Assembly: GCF_964213995.1 (NCBI RefSeq)
Contig: NC_135815.1
Span: 57,226,001 to 57,290,000 of the forward strand
Direction: 5' to 3'
Origin: Mustelus asterias
Lineage: Eukaryota
Length of the DNA stretch: 64,000 nt
Made by a program: the position numbers and the translations under genes. The notes beneath the pieces are model-generated. The model saw only the letters and a list, made by a program, of their open reading frames with translations, made no database searches and was not told where the DNA came from. Below, in pieces: positions 11,592 through 24,859 of the stretch (its first letter is position 1; the number at the start of each line of letters is the position of its first letter).

Positions 11592-12895
11592 TAACAGTGA
11601 GGGAGTGTGGACAGAGCAGAGACATTAACAGTGAGAGTGCGAGAGGAGCAGGGACATTAACAGTGAGAGTGAGAGCAGAATGGACAATAACAGCGAGAAT
11701 GCGCGAGGAGCAGGGATATGAACAGTGAGGGAGTGTGTAAGGAGCAGCAACATTAACAGTGAGGGTGCAAAAGGAGCAGGGACATTAACAGTGAGGGTGA
11801 GAGCAGAATGGACAATAACAGCGAGAATGCGCGAGGAGCAGGGATTTGAACAGTGAGGGAGTGTGTAAGGAGCAGCAACATTAACAGTGAGGGTGCAAAA
11901 GGAGCAGGGACATTAACAGTGAGAGAGAAAAAAAACAGGGACCTTAGTAGAAAGAAAGTGTGAGGAGCCAAAACATTAATAGTGAGGGCGTGAGAGGAGC
12001 AGGGACATTAAGAGTGAGGCTGCGAGAGAAGCAGGGCTATTAACAGAGAGAGTGCAGGATGAGCAGTAACATTAACAGTGAGAGTGTGCGACAGGAGCAG
12101 GGACATTAACAGTGAGAGTGTGCGACGGGCTGGGCTATTAACAGTGCGATATTGTGAGAGGAGCAGAGACATTAACAGTGAGAGAGTGTGACAGGAGCAG
12201 GTATATCAATAGTGAGACTTCGAGGGGGGCAGGGACATTAATAGTGAGAGAGTGTGAAAGGAGCACGGCCATTAACAGTCAGACTGCGAAGGGAGCAGGG
12301 AGATTAACAGTGGAAGAGTGCGAGAGGAGCAGGCACATCAACAGTGAGAGAATGTGAGAGGAGCAGGGACATTAAGAGTGAGAGAGAGTGAAAAAAAACA
12401 GGGACCTTAGTAGAAAGAAAGTGAGAGGAGCCAAAACATTAACAGTGAGGGCGTGAGAGGAGCAGGGACATTAAGAGTGAGGCTGCGAGGAGCAGGGACA
12501 TTAAGAGTGAGGGTGCGAAAGGAGTAGGACATTAACAGTAAGGCTGTGCGAATAGCAGGGATATTAACAGTGAGAGAGTGTAAAAGGAGCAAAGGCGTTA
12601 ACAGTGAGAGTGTGAGAGGAGGAGGGACATTTACAGTAATGGTGTGAGAGGAGCAGGGATATTAACAGTGAGAGTTTGAGAGGAAGAGGGACATTAACAG
12701 CGAGAGTGTGCGAGTAGCAGGGATATTAACAGTGAGAGAGTGTAAAAGGAGCAGAGACATTAACAGCGAGAGTGTGAGAGGAGCAGGAACATTAGCGGCG
12801 AGAATGCGAGAGAAGCAGGGCTATCAACAGTGAGAGTGCAGGATGAGCAGTAACATTAGCAGTGAGAGAGTGTGAGAGGAGCAGGGACATTAACA

Positions 12896-13037
12896 TCAAG
12901 TTGATTTTGTGTCTCTGTGCCGTGTTTGAGAGCAGATATCCACTCCATCTGACGGAGGAGCAGCGCTCCGAAAGCTAATAGCATTTGCTACCAAATAAAT
13001 CTGTAGGACTTTAACCTGGTGTTGTTAAAACTCTTAC
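12896..13037 (+). mobile_element. Penelope-like pseudo-LTR fragment with degenerate hammerhead (12940-12981)
   Basis: CTGACGG-AGGAGCAGCGCTCC-GAAAGCTA followed by the same tail as 14665-14723. Confidence 0.8.
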
Positions 13038-13459
13038 AGCAATTTACATCCCATCCCATGCAGATGTGAAGACTGCGCTGGACGAAATATGTAGCAGCAC
13101 AAGTAGCCTTGAGACGAAACATCCCAAGGCCTTCAAACAGGCCAAGATCAAGAGTGTCTGACCAAGATAACATATCCCCTCTTCCACCAGAGGCCCAAAC
13201 ATCCTAGACCAGAAAGGACAATAACAGCGAGAATGCGCGAGGAGCAGGGATATGAACAGTGAGGGAGTGTGTAAGGAGCAGCAACATTAACAGTGAGGGT
13301 GCAAAAGGAGCAGGGACATTAACAGTGAGAGAGTGTGAAAAAAACAGGGACCTTAGTAGAAAAAAAAGTGTGAGGAGCCAAAACATTAATAGTGAGGGCG
13401 TGAGAGGAGCAGGGACACACTCCCTCACTGTTCATATCCCTGCTCCTCACGCATTCTCG

Positions 13460-14723
13460 GTTGCATTCTTGGACACACGCATCTCCATTAAGGAAGGTCA
13501 CCTCAGCACTTCACTGTACCGCAAGCCCACGGATAACCTCACGATGCTCCACTTCTCCAGCTTCCACCCTAAACACGTTAAAGAAGCCATCCCGTACGGA
13601 CAAGCCCTCCGTATACACAGGATCTGCTCAGATGAGGAGGATCACAACAGACACCTCCAGACGCTGAAAGATGCCCTCATAAGAACAGGATATGGCACTC
13701 GACTCATCGATCGACAGTTCCGACGCGCCACAGCGAAGAATCGCGCCGACCTCCTCAGAAGACAAACACAGGACACGGCGGACAGAGTACCCTTCGTTGT
13801 CCAGTACTTCCCTGGAGCGGAGAAGCTACGGCATCTCCTCCGGAGCCTTCAACATGTAATTGATGAAGACAAACATCTCACCAAGGCCATCCCCACACAC
13901 CCACTTCTTGCCTTCAAACAACCGCACAACCTCAAACAGACCATTGTCCGCAGCAAACTACCCAGCCTTCAGGAGAACAGTGACCATGACACCACACAAC
14001 CCTGCCACAGCAACCTCTGCAAGATGTGCCGGATCATCAACACGGATGCCATCATCTCACGTGAGAACACCATCCACCAGGTACACAGTACATACTCTTG
14101 CAACTCAGCCAATGTTGTCTACCTGATACGCTGCAGGAAAGGATGCCCCGAGGCATGGTACATTGGGGAGACCATGCAGACGCTATGACAACAGATGAAT
14201 GAATGCCGTTCGACAATCACCAGGCAAGAGTGTTCTCTTCCTGTTGGGGAACACTTCAGCAGTCACGGGCATTCGGCCTCTGATCTTCGTGTAAGCGTTC
14301 TCCAAGGCGGCCTTCACGACACACGACAGCGCAGAGTCGCTGAGCAGAAACTGATAGCCAAGTTCCGCACACATGAGGACGGCCACAACCGGGATCTTGG
14401 GTTCATGTCACACTATCTGTAACCCCCACGACTTGCCTGGCCTTGCAAAATCTCACTAACTGTCCTGTCTGGAGACAATACACATCTCTTTAACCTGTGC
14501 TTAACCCTCTCTCCACTCACATTGTCTGTACCTTTAAGACTTGATTACCTGTAAAGACTCGCATTCCAACCATTATTTTGTAAATTGAGTTTGTGTCTTT
14601 ATATGCCCTGTTTGTGAACAGAACTCCCACTTACCTGACGAAGGAGCAGCGCTCCAAAAGCTAGTGGCATTTGCTACCAAATAAACCTGTTGGACTTTAA
14701 CCTGGTGTTGTGAGACTTCTTAC
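13460..14723 (+). mobile_element. Penelope-like retroelement (Neptune-like), 5'-truncated: RT thumb + GIY-YIG endonuclease
   Basis: FLDTRI..LYRKPTD..SFHPKH..IPYGQALRIHRICS; Cys linker PCHSNLCKMC; VVYLIRC..WYIGET. An in-frame TGA at 14186-14188 is followed by ..VGEHFS..AEQKLI..GHNRD to 14422. Hammerhead remnant at 14627-14667. Confidence 0.92.
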
Positions 14724-14921
14724 ATGTATTAGTCTACAGTGAAAAGTATTGTTTCTTGCACGCTATGCAGACAAAGCATACCGCTCAGAGAGAAAAGGAG
14801 AGGGTGTAGAATGTAATATTACAGTCATAGTTAGGGCATAGAGAAAGATCAACTGAATATAAGGCATTCCATTCAAAAGTCTGATGGCAGCAGGGAAGAC
14901 GGTATTCTTGAGTCATTTGGT
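14724..14921 (-). mobile_element. Probable Rex1/Babar-type LINE 3' fragment
   Basis: TCTGATGGCAGCAGGGAAGA..TTCTTGA motif; related copies at ~54458-54752 and ~31225-31320. Family assignment is from recall. Confidence 0.5.
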
Positions 14922-14994
14922 CATTAATTAATTAATATCAGTCTTTAATGTGTGAACCTTGATAATAAGTGTCAACAGACTGCTGCACATATAT

Positions 14995-17225
14995 ATTATT
15001 TCACAAGGTGTGGGCATCACTGGCCAGGCCAGCATTCATTACCCATCCTAATTTCCCTTGAGGAGGTGGTGGTGAACCGCCTACTTGAACTGCTGCAATC
15101 CCTGTGGTGTAGGTACATCCACAGCACTGTTAAAATGGGAGTTCCAGGACTTTGACCCAGCAACAGAAAAGGAATGGAATAGTTGCAAGTCCGAATGGTG
15201 TGTGACTTGGAGGAGAATTTCCATCTTCTTTATTTGTCCTTCAAGGGTAGAAGTTGTAGACTTGAAGGTGCTGTCAAAGGAGCCTTGGTGAGTTGCTGCA
15301 TCTTGTGGATGGTACCCACACTGCCACTGTATCAGTGCTAGAGGGAGTGAATCTTTAAGGTGGTGGAAGGGGTGCCAATGAAGTAGGTTGCTTTGTCCTG
15401 GATGGTGTCAAGCTTCCTGAGTGTTGTTGCATTCATCCAGGTAAATGGAGAGTATTCCATCACAATTGAGCCTTGTGGATGGTAGACAAACTTTGGGGAG
15501 TCAGGAAGTGAGTTACTTGTCACAGAATTGCCACAGTATTTATATGGCTAGTCCAGTACAATTTCTGGTCAATGGTGACCCCCAAGATGTTGTTAGAGAG
15601 GAATTCATTGATGGTAATACTATTGAATGAGAAAGATTCTCTGTTGCTGGAAATGGATATTGCCTAGCACTTGTGTAGCAGAAATGTTACTTGCCACGGG
15701 CGGCACGGTAGCACAGTGGTTAGCACTGCTGCTTCGCAGCTCCAGGGACCTGGGTTCGATTCCTGGCTTGGGTCACTGTCTGTGTGGAGTTTGCCCATTC
15801 TCCTCGTGTCTGCGTGGGTTTTCTCCGGGTGCTCCGGTTTCCTCCCACAGTCCAAAGATGTGCGTATTAGGTTGATTGGCCATGCTAAAATTGCCCCTTA
15901 GTGTCCTGAGATGCGTAGGTTAGAGGGATTAGTGGGTAAATATGTAGGGATATGGGGTTAGGGCCTGGGTGGGGTTGTGGTCGGTGCAGACTCGATGGGC
16001 CAAATGGCCTCTTTCTGCACTGTAGGGTTTCTATGATTTCTTCTTTGATTTCTATGCCACTTTTCAGCCAAAGCCTGAATGTTGTCTTGGTCTTGCTGAA
16101 TATGAAATAACTGCTTCAGTACCTGAGAAGTTGTGAATGACACTGAACATTGTACAATCATCAATGAACATCCCCACTTCTAACCTTATAATGGAGGGGA
16201 GGTCATTGATGAAAAAGCTGAAGATGGTTGGATCTAGGACGCCACCCTGAGGAACTCTTGCAATAATGTCTTAGGGCTGAGATGACTGAACTCCAACTAC
16301 CATAATATTCCTTTGTATTAGGTATGACTCCAACTAGTGGAGAGTTTTCCCTCTGATTCCCATTGACTTCAGTTTTGCCAGGGCTCCTTCATGCCTCGCT
16401 TGGTCAAATGCTGTCTTGATGTCAAGAGCAGTCACTCTCACCTTACCTCTCAAGTCCAGCTCTATTGTCAATGTTTGGACCAAGGCTGTAATGAGTTCAG
16501 AAGCTGAGTGGCCCTGGCGGATCCCAAAGTGAACCTCAGTGAGCAGGTTATTGCTGAGTAAGTGTCGCTTAATAGCACAGACATCTTCCATCACTTTGCT
16601 GATGATTGAGAGTAAACTGAAGGGGCAGTAATTAGCTGGCTTGGATTTGTGGACAGGATGTACCTCGATGATTTTCCACATTGCTGGGTAGATGCCGGAG
16701 TTGTAGCTGTAGTGGAACAAATTGACTGGGGCACGGCTAGTTCTAGATCACAAGTCTTCAATACTGTTGTTGAAATGTTGTCAGGGCTCATGTCTTTGCA
16801 GTATCCAGTGCCTTCAAACATTTCTTGATATCACATGCACTGAATCTAATTGGCTCCAGACTGGTATCTGTGTTCCGGGGTACCTCAGGAAATGGCCAGG
16901 ATGGATGATCCACTTGGCACTTTTGGCTGAAGGTGGTTGCCAATGCTTCAGCCTCACCTTTTATACTGATGTGCTGGGGTCCCCCATCATTGAGGAAGGG
17001 GATATTGTGAGTTGTTTAATTGCCCTCCATCATTTGTGCCTGAATGTGACAGGACTGCAGAGTTTAGGTCTGATCCACTGGTTTGCTCTGTTTATTGCAT
17101 GCTCTGTTTATTTGGCATGCAAGTAGTCAAGTAGTCCTGTATTGTAGCTTCACAGGTTGCCACTTCAGTTTTAGTATGCCTGGGTCAGCTCCTGGCATGC
17201 CTCCCTGCACTCTTCATTCAACCAC
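14995..17225 (-). mobile_element. Old CR1/L2-group LINE, degenerate RT
   Basis: ORF 16334-16720 (WK...PVHK..PANY.P.SLLSIISKVME..LDIKTAFD). Its 3' tail AAGGGCAATTAGGGATGGGCAATAAATGCTGG is shared with SINEs in the window. Confidence 0.8.
15698..16054 (+). mobile_element. HE1-type tRNA-derived V-SINE
   Basis: A box (GCACAGTGG), B box (GGTTCGATTCC), V-domain GGTTTCCTCCCACAGTCCAAAGA, TTCTATGA tail and TSD TGCCAC. Confidence 0.9.
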
Positions 17226-17640
17226 CACCATTAAGACTGTGAAATAGTGACAAGGAATAGGATTCGTAGAAAATTATCCACACAGGCAAGGCAGTCAATT
17301 GTGACCCTACTGCCTTTCTACTCTTAAAACTGGCTGGCTCCTTCATTATGTGTAGTTCTATGGGAAGCCGATTCATATCTCATGAAAAATCACCCTTATT
17401 TATGTGCCAGCCATCACAATCAGCATTGTCCATGAACTAACTGCAGAGGACCTCACAGCTAAGCACAAGCTTTTCCGCATGCAGCACTCTCCACAGCAGT
17501 GTAATTGCAGTTGGAGTTGCAGTGTAATGAACAGTAGAAATGTTGACCAATATTTCAGATTTAGGGATCCTGAGCCAATTATAGCTCCCCTACAACATTG
17601 CGAAGGGCAACCATAAATGGAAAGTTGGAGGAGAAGTTGC

Positions 17641-18457
17641 AAAGAAATGGCAGATGGAGTTCAATCCTGATAAATGCGAAGTGATGCATTTTGGTAGAAA
17701 TAACGTAGGGAGGAGCTATACGATAAATGGCAGAACCATAAAAGGTGTAGATACGCAGAGGGACCTGGGTGTGCAAGTCCACAGATCCTTGAAGGTGACG
17801 TCACAGGTGGAGAAGGTGGTGAAGAAGGCATATGGCATGCTTGCCTTTATAGGACGGGGCATAGAGTATAAAAGTTGGGGTCTGATGTTGCAGATGTATA
17901 GAACGTTGGTTCGGCCGCATTTGGAATATTGCGTCCAGTTCTGGTTGCCACACTACCAGAAGGACGTGGAGGCTTTGGGGAGAGTACAGAGGAGGTTTAC
18001 CAGGATGTTGCCTGGTATGGAGGGGCTTAGTTATGAGGAGAGATTGGGTAAACTGGGGTTGTTCTCCCTGGAAAGACGGAGGATGAGGGGAGACTTAATA
18101 GAGGTGTATAAAATTATGAAAGGCATAGATAGGGTGAACGGTGGGAAGCTTTTCCCCAGGTCGGTGGTGACGTTCATGAGGGGTCATAGGTTCAAGGTGA
18201 AGGGGGGGAGGTTTAACACAGATATCAGAAGGACATATTTTACACAGAGGGTGGTGGGGGCCTGGAATGCGCTGCCAGGCAAGGTGGTGGAGGCGGACAC
18301 ACTGGGAACGTTTAAGACTTATCTAGATAGCCACATGAACGGAGTGGGAATGGAGGGATACAAAAGAATGGTCTAGTTTGGACCAGGGAGCGGCACGGGC
18401 TTGGAGGGCCGAAGGGCCTGTTCCTGTGCTGTATTGTTCTTTGTTCTTTGTTCTTTG
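17641..18457 (+). mobile_element. CR1 LINE 3' end
   Basis: Uninterrupted 240-aa ORF2 C-terminus with a (TTCTTTG)n tail. Confidence 0.95.
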
Positions 18458-18916
18458 AGACAATGGGGTTATTCTGAGACTTATAGCTGGAGATTATAAA
18501 TCAATCCATGCAACAAAAGATTTGGGCAGGCTGGACAGCCTACCAATTCCCCTGCGGCAGGTCTACATCACTTCAATGGCTAAGACATGCAATACTGACA
18601 GTGAAACCTGGTCAGAATGGCTCCAGAGATAAGTGGGATGAAAATTGGGCATTTTCTAAAATGAAGGCAGATGATCTGTGATTCTGATACCCCTTATCTG
18701 TCAAGATAACATTTACTTTCTTTATATCGAAGCCGTAGGGTAGCCCTAAAGGAATTGGTTGACAAGTTATCAGAGGACATTTGAATAGCCCCTTCAGGCG
18801 AGAAAAGAAACGAGGCAGCAAAATAAAGGTATTTATTCCACATCAGCATGTTGTCTTGCAAAGAAACGGTGAAGTAATTGTTGGAATAATATTTTCCCAT
18901 CTAACTAAGACACACT

Positions 18917-19897
18917 GGGCCCGATTTTACCATCAGGTTGAACCTGCTTTTGGGCTGAAAACTTGGTAAAGTCGGGTGTGAGGCGAGTAGCGCGATCCGC
19001 GCTCACCTCCGCGCCAGTTCCCCCTTTACCAAGGCCCGAAATGGCTGCGATTGGGACCACGCCCAAAACGGGCGCGTCAGCCATTTAAATGCATTTGCAT
19101 GCATTTAAATTGACTTAATGGGCTGCACACCCAACCTTACCGGCACTTCCCCCTTTACCACAATGTTCGCCGATCCAGAATCGGCGTGAAACAATTAGTG
19201 AGGAGATAAGTGCTGAGCATCCGACGGCTCTCTGCTTGAGATCGATGGGAGCAGGGGGGGAGCAGGGGAAGGAGTTGGGGGGGAGGTGGGAGGTGGTCTG
19301 CTGCCACTCTGCCTGTGATCAGTGAGGGGGAAGGGGGGTCCGCTGCCACTGTGCCTGTGATCAGTGAGGGGGAAGGGGGGGTTCCGCTGCCACTGTGCCT
19401 GTGATCAGTGAGGGAGAAGGGGGGGTCCGCTGCCACCCTGCCTGTGATCAGTGAGGGGGAAGGGGGGGCTCCGCTGCCACTATGCCTGTGATCAGTGAGG
19501 GAGAAGGGGGGTCCGCTGCCACCCTGCCTGAGATCGGTGAGGGGAAGAGGGAGAGGGGCCCACAATCGGTCTGGGTGGTGGAGGGGGTGGGGGGATAAGG
19601 GGGTCAGTAATGTTGTGGGGGTGGGGCAATGTCTATGGGGACTATGGGGAGGCATTATCCAGCCCGGGAGGGATGTGGCAGGGGAGCCACATTCTATCAT
19701 TTCTTTTTCCCCGCATGCACAGTTGGAGGCGCCGATCGGAACTGCAGGATTTCGGGCGCGTTAAGCCCCACCCACAGGCTTGAGCAGCGCGATTTGGAAT
19801 TGCTGATATTTATTCAGGCAGAGTGCGTATGGGGGCGCCTGAGAACAGGTCTAAAAGCCGGATTTGAAACACTCCATGTAACGGTAAAATAGGGCCC
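18917..19897. mobile_element. Harbinger-type MITE related to 10551-11591, with internal ~41-bp VNTR (~19295-19545)
   Basis: TIR GGGCCCGATTTTACC / GGTAAAATAGGGCCC; 3-bp TSD ACT. Confidence 0.88.
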
Positions 19898-20654
19898 ACT
19901 ATGCTGTCTCTCTTTCAGCAACTCTTTGAGAACAAAGCAATATAATAAATATTTTTAAGAAGTGTTGAGTTGATTGATTGGAATCAGAGACATAAACTTG
20001 TTTAATCGCAGGTAAATGTGGAAAAGTGCAAGGGTTCTTTTTTGGAGATACAGTGGTTGTTGTCTCAGTGTGAATTAAATTCTGCCTGAGGATGCTCAAT
20101 AAAGGTTAATCACTTGATATTTTCTGGCAGTAAAGGCCTTGTGTGGGGCTGGGGCCTGTTTTTTTCTCATTGGCAGTGCAGAGTATTCAAACAGGCTGCG
20201 GGGATAGCTACCATTCCTCACCTATGTAGCAGAATTTGCTCATAAGGCAAAGTACACAAGTGGGAATGTTGACTGCCAGACAGTGACTAAAACACTTAAT
20301 CCTTTCAGCAATCCACTCCTTATAGTTGGTGCTAAAATACTTTATATGCAACATTGTTATTACCTGCAAAAGCTGAGGATATTTTTAATTTTGAGAGGGG
20401 ACAGTGAACAATTGAAGTCATTGCTGGAAAATTAAGTACTTTTTATGTGTTTGCCACACAATATTAGCATTAATCATCTGTCTGATTAGTATAGCATATT
20501 CGATAAGGAGTAAAATTTCCTTAATTTCTCCAGAGTTCCCTTTTATTCCTCACTTTCTTCAGGTTTATTGGAGCTAACTTCTCAAATATCCTCACTCACC
20601 CATTGTGACATCCAATTTTGAGCCAATGTTTAACTAAACAGTATACAATCAAAA

Positions 20655-21115
20655 GAAATAAAGACATACATTTACACAGCACCTTTTACAACCTTTATAG
20701 CCAGTGAAGTACTTTTTCAAAGTGTAGTCAATATTGCAAAGTGTTAATAACCAAATAATCTGTTATTTTAGTAAAACTGGGGAAATCACTCCTCGCTCTT
20801 CTTCAACATAATACCATGGGATATATGTTCATCTGAGAGGGCCTTGATTTAACATAACCTCAGAAAGGTAGCACCTCCTTCAGTGCAGCACTCCCTTGGC
20901 ACTACAGTAGGGCCAGAATTCTCCGACCTCTCCTGTGGCTGGGATTCTCCGGTCTCGCTGCAGTCAGTGGAGTTTTGGCTAAGCGCCAAATTCTCTGTTC
21001 TCGCTGACGGCGGTGGCGGGATGTATAATGTCAGAGAATTCTGGCCTAGATTTTTGTGTTTGAGTCTATGGAGAAGAGCTGCTTCAGAACTAAGAGTGCA
21101 ATCCACTGAGCCACA
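20655..21115 (-). mobile_element. Old DeuSINE (SacSINE1/AmnSINE1-like)
   Basis: Minus strand has Deu-domain-like CCCATGGTATTATGTTGAAGAAGAGCGAGGAG...GACTACACTTTGAAAAAGTACTTCACTGGCT. Family recognised from recall of the consensus. Confidence 0.6.
20911..21046. mobile_element. Short Harbinger-type MITE inserted in the DeuSINE
   Basis: TIR GGCCAGAATTCTC / GAGAATTCTGGCC; TSD TAG. Confidence 0.85.
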
Positions 21116-21199
21116 CCTGACACCAATATACAAAGGAACCTCTATTATTTGTGCTTCTCTTCCTAATTATCCAATTGAATGTTTTTGCAGAAGAAACCT

Positions 21200-22790
21200 T
21201 GGCAGCGATTTTCTGGCCTCATCGCACCCAGCGCAGAACGCATTAGAGCGGAGCAGAGCAGGAGAATCGCAGAGTGGTTTATGCATTCTGTGTCAGCGCC
21301 AAACCCCATCGGTATCTTCCCACCCACTGATGACGGATGTAGTCTGTTTCTCGCCCTGAACCAGTACGTTCAAGGCCGGATCTTCTCTGCTCCTGGAATT
21401 TTTGGAGCCTTGGGTACAACGGGAGCATGGCGAGAATCACTACTGAACTCCACAGATGGAGTCCAGGGTGATATTTTGCCAAGAAATGACTAAGAGCACA
21501 ATCTTACCAGCCTGTCACACTTGCCAATCAGCGTGGTGAGCCAGGAAGATAGCGTGTGAGGCCAAAAATCAGATTTGCACACAGTGTCTAACTGTTTCTG
21601 ACCTACCCAGCCCATTTTCATTGGCATGAACTGTTTCGCGCCAAAAATAGGCGTGACACTTATTTGCATGCATTTGAATGGAATTTGATATCATTGGCAA
21701 GGTTGGCATGGCTGCTTTCCCTTCCCAGATGTTTTCCACCTGTCCCCAACCCTTGGGTCATCGACCATTCTGGGGGAAGTAAATGGTCTTTCTCTCCTCT
21801 ACAGCAGGCAGTAGATGGCCCAGCTCTCCCTCTGTAAACCTTGGGACTGCTTTTCGCGGTGCCATCTTCCTGGCATGACTGTGTGTCCATCGTTAGTGTA
21901 TAAATACAGCTCCCCCTTCTTAATTGTGAACAGCTGGGGCCACTTTGGGTGAATCACACACTTGGAATCTCCATGCCAGCATGAATCGCATGGAGGCTCT
22001 TTCATTGCATTAAGTGTTAATATTGCGGTGCGGGGTATGTGGAAAAGACAGGCATTGAGGACTCCCATTTTCTTGCTGTTGGGAAGATTCTGTCCTAACT
22101 ATTGTTTCGGCCAGAAAATGAGTGTGATTCACACCAGACATTCTAGCAGAAATCAGGTTCAATTTTCCCACACTTGGGAGAGTGGTGAGTTTTGCACTGG
22201 TTCTGAGGAGGGCAAGACCCAAACATGGGGAGTAAGCCTGGCTTCACAGAGATCCAAGCCCCAGCACCTTCATGCCTCAGCCCCCTCATGCTACAGCACC
22301 CCCCAGGCTCCACTTCCCTCAGCCTCCATTCCCCACATGCCTCAGTCCCCTTGGCACTGCCCCAGCATCCTGGCAGTGCCCACTTGGCAGTGTCAGGGTG
22401 CCACCTGACAGTGCTAGATTGGCACTGTCAGGGTGTCAATTCGTACTTCCAGTTTTGCGCTGCCAAGGTGCCGGGCAGTGTCAAGGAGTCTGGGGTTTAT
22501 GAAAAGGGGCATGAAGGGAGACCCATTGGGGAGGCCCCAATGCCAGCGAGCTGGGGAAGGTGGGGAGGGGGGGGGGGTTGGGGAGGAGGGGAGTGGGTCG
22601 TGGTGTCCCTGATGTCCATGTGGGGAGGGAGGGGCATCCTTAATTTCAATTTGTGACAGGGGCACCCTTTTTCTCTGAAGCCCGGCCTACCGCCTCAGAA
22701 GCAGTGCAAAACTCACCACTCTCCCAAAAAATGATTAAAGGTACAAAAATTGCGATCTGGTTTGGTTTTCTCACCCGAAATGACAGTCAT
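21200..22790. mobile_element. Cluster of degenerate Harbinger-like MITE fragments
   Basis: Several GGC..GATTTTC-like termini and an ATTTGCATGCATTT core. Boundaries are unclear. Confidence 0.45.
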
Positions 22791-23229
22791 GTTTCATGTT
22801 TGAGATGTTGCCTCATTTCACTATCAGTGAACATCAAGCTCGCACAATTCAGGACACAGGAAGGGCTGTTTTTATTATATTTGCCTTCACCCTGGGTACT
22901 AAAGTATTGCAATACTACACGTGCAAGACCAAAGTTTGGAGCATCTTGATTATTTGTCAGTTTCCATTAGGATACGCTCTTTGTGTAAATGGATAAGTCT
23001 ATTTTACAACAAAGCATCATCCCTCTGAAATGACTGAACAAGCCACTCAGTTGTGTCAAACAACTGCAACAAAGTCTAATGAGAATAAAATTGTATCATC
23101 CAGTGTCATGAAAAATGATAGACCCAGCCCAATCAACCCCCTTCATAAACATTCAGGGACTTGTGCCAAAGTTGGGAGAGCAGCCCCACAAACTAGTCAA
23201 GCAACAGCCTGACACAGTCATACTCGCAC

Positions 23230-24660
23230 AATTATACAGCAGCTCAATTAATGGAGCACCTTCCATGTAATAAATGTTCCAAGTCACTTCTCAGGAGTGT
23301 TATACAACAAAATTAGACACCAAGCCACATAAAGTGATTGTAGGGCTGGTGCCCAAAAGCTTGGTCAAAGTAGTAAGTATTTTTTTTTAATTCACTCAGT
23401 ATTGCTGGCTGTGTCAGCATTTGTTGCCCATCCCTAATTGCCCTTGAACCAAGTGGCTTTAAGGGCCACTGCAGAGGGCATTTAAGACCCACAGTGGAGT
23501 CACATGAAGACTAGACCAGGTAAGGATGGTTGATTTCCTTCCCTAAAGGACATTAGTGAGCCAGATGGGTTTTATGACAATCAACAATGGTTTCGTCTTT
23601 TCAAATTTCACCATCTGCCATGGTGGGATTCAAATCTGGGTCCCCAGAACATTACCCTCGGTGTCTGAATTACTAGCCCAGTGGCAATATTATTATGCCA
23701 CCACCTCACTTAGAATATCATAAACAAGGCAAGATAGGTCAAAATGTTTAATGGGGGCTTAGGGCCTAGGCAGCTGAAGGCAACAAAGGTAGGGTGATTT
23801 AAATTGGAGTGCTCAAGAGACCAGAATTCAAGAAATGCAGATATCTGAGGGCACCAGGACTGAAGGAATTTATAGGGATAGGGTGGGGTGACGTCATGGA
23901 AGGATTTGAAAACATGGATGAAAATTTTAAAATTAAGGTTTTGCTGGACTGGACACTAACATGAGCACAGGGCTGAAGGGTGAACAAGAATTGTTGTAAG
24001 TAAGGACATAGACAGAAATCTTTTTGATGATCTCAAGTTTACAGAGGGTAGAATGTGGAAGGCTGGCAATAGTCAAAGATATTAGCTACCCAATATTTAA
24101 TTGGAAGAAATATCTGCTCTTCCAGAACTGGGTGTCAGAGAAGCAATCTGATCATTAAGCGAAAATTGATGAGTGGAGAGGTGCTGGGGAGATAGAGCTG
24201 TATGTTGTCAGCATATGTGAAAATTGACATTGTGTTTTTGGATGATATCACCAGGGGCAGCAGGTAGATGAGAAATGTAGGTGGCCAAGGCGAGATCCTT
24301 GGAGGGTACCGGAGGTAATGGTGCAGGAATGAGAAGAGAACCACTGCAGGACATATTCTAGCTATGATTAGAGTGTTCAAAATTGAACCAGATCAATGCA
24401 GTTCCACGCAGCTGGATGATGGTGGAGAGACATTGGAAGAGATTGGTGTAAGCAACCATGCCAAAGTCATAAGGCAGATTGAGAAGGATGAAGAGGTTTA
24501 CTTTATCTTCTGTGACTGTGGCAGTCATTTGTGACTTTTGTAAGAGCTGTTTCAGTACAACAGCAGGTGATGAAACATGAGCAGATTCAAACGTGGAATT
24601 TTGGGAAAGATATACATAGATTTGGGGGATGGCAACATGCTCAACAACATTGATGATGAA
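23230..24660 (-). mobile_element. Old L2 LINE 3' region with a nested tRNA-SINE (~23385-23705)
   Basis: YADNIQLY RT motif; CCAAAAGCTTGGTCAAAG tail motif shared with ~61315 and ~28975. Confidence 0.7.
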
Positions 24661-24859
24661 AGGGAGAATGGAAGTGGGCTGGTAGTTTGCAAGGATGCTA
24701 AGTTCACGGGTTGCTTATCCTTTATTCACCATCAAGAGCTTCTCCATCATCATCCATGGGTATTTCCTGGCCCACTGACCAGACAATCCCAGCAGAGGTG
24801 GAATAGTGGTATAGAGGCCAGAGGCTGTGGCCTAAGGTGTCCTTAAAATTGAGTCCAGA

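Larger units (their letters stand above)
10061..13459. repeat. ~32-bp satellite array (10061-10417 and 13416-13459 inverted, rest forward), interrupted by a MITE and a PLE fragment
   Basis: Monomers read CTCACTGTTAATGTC, then GACATTAACAGTGAG. Higher-order duplication: 13215-13415 resembles parts of 11680-12008. Confidence 0.9.
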
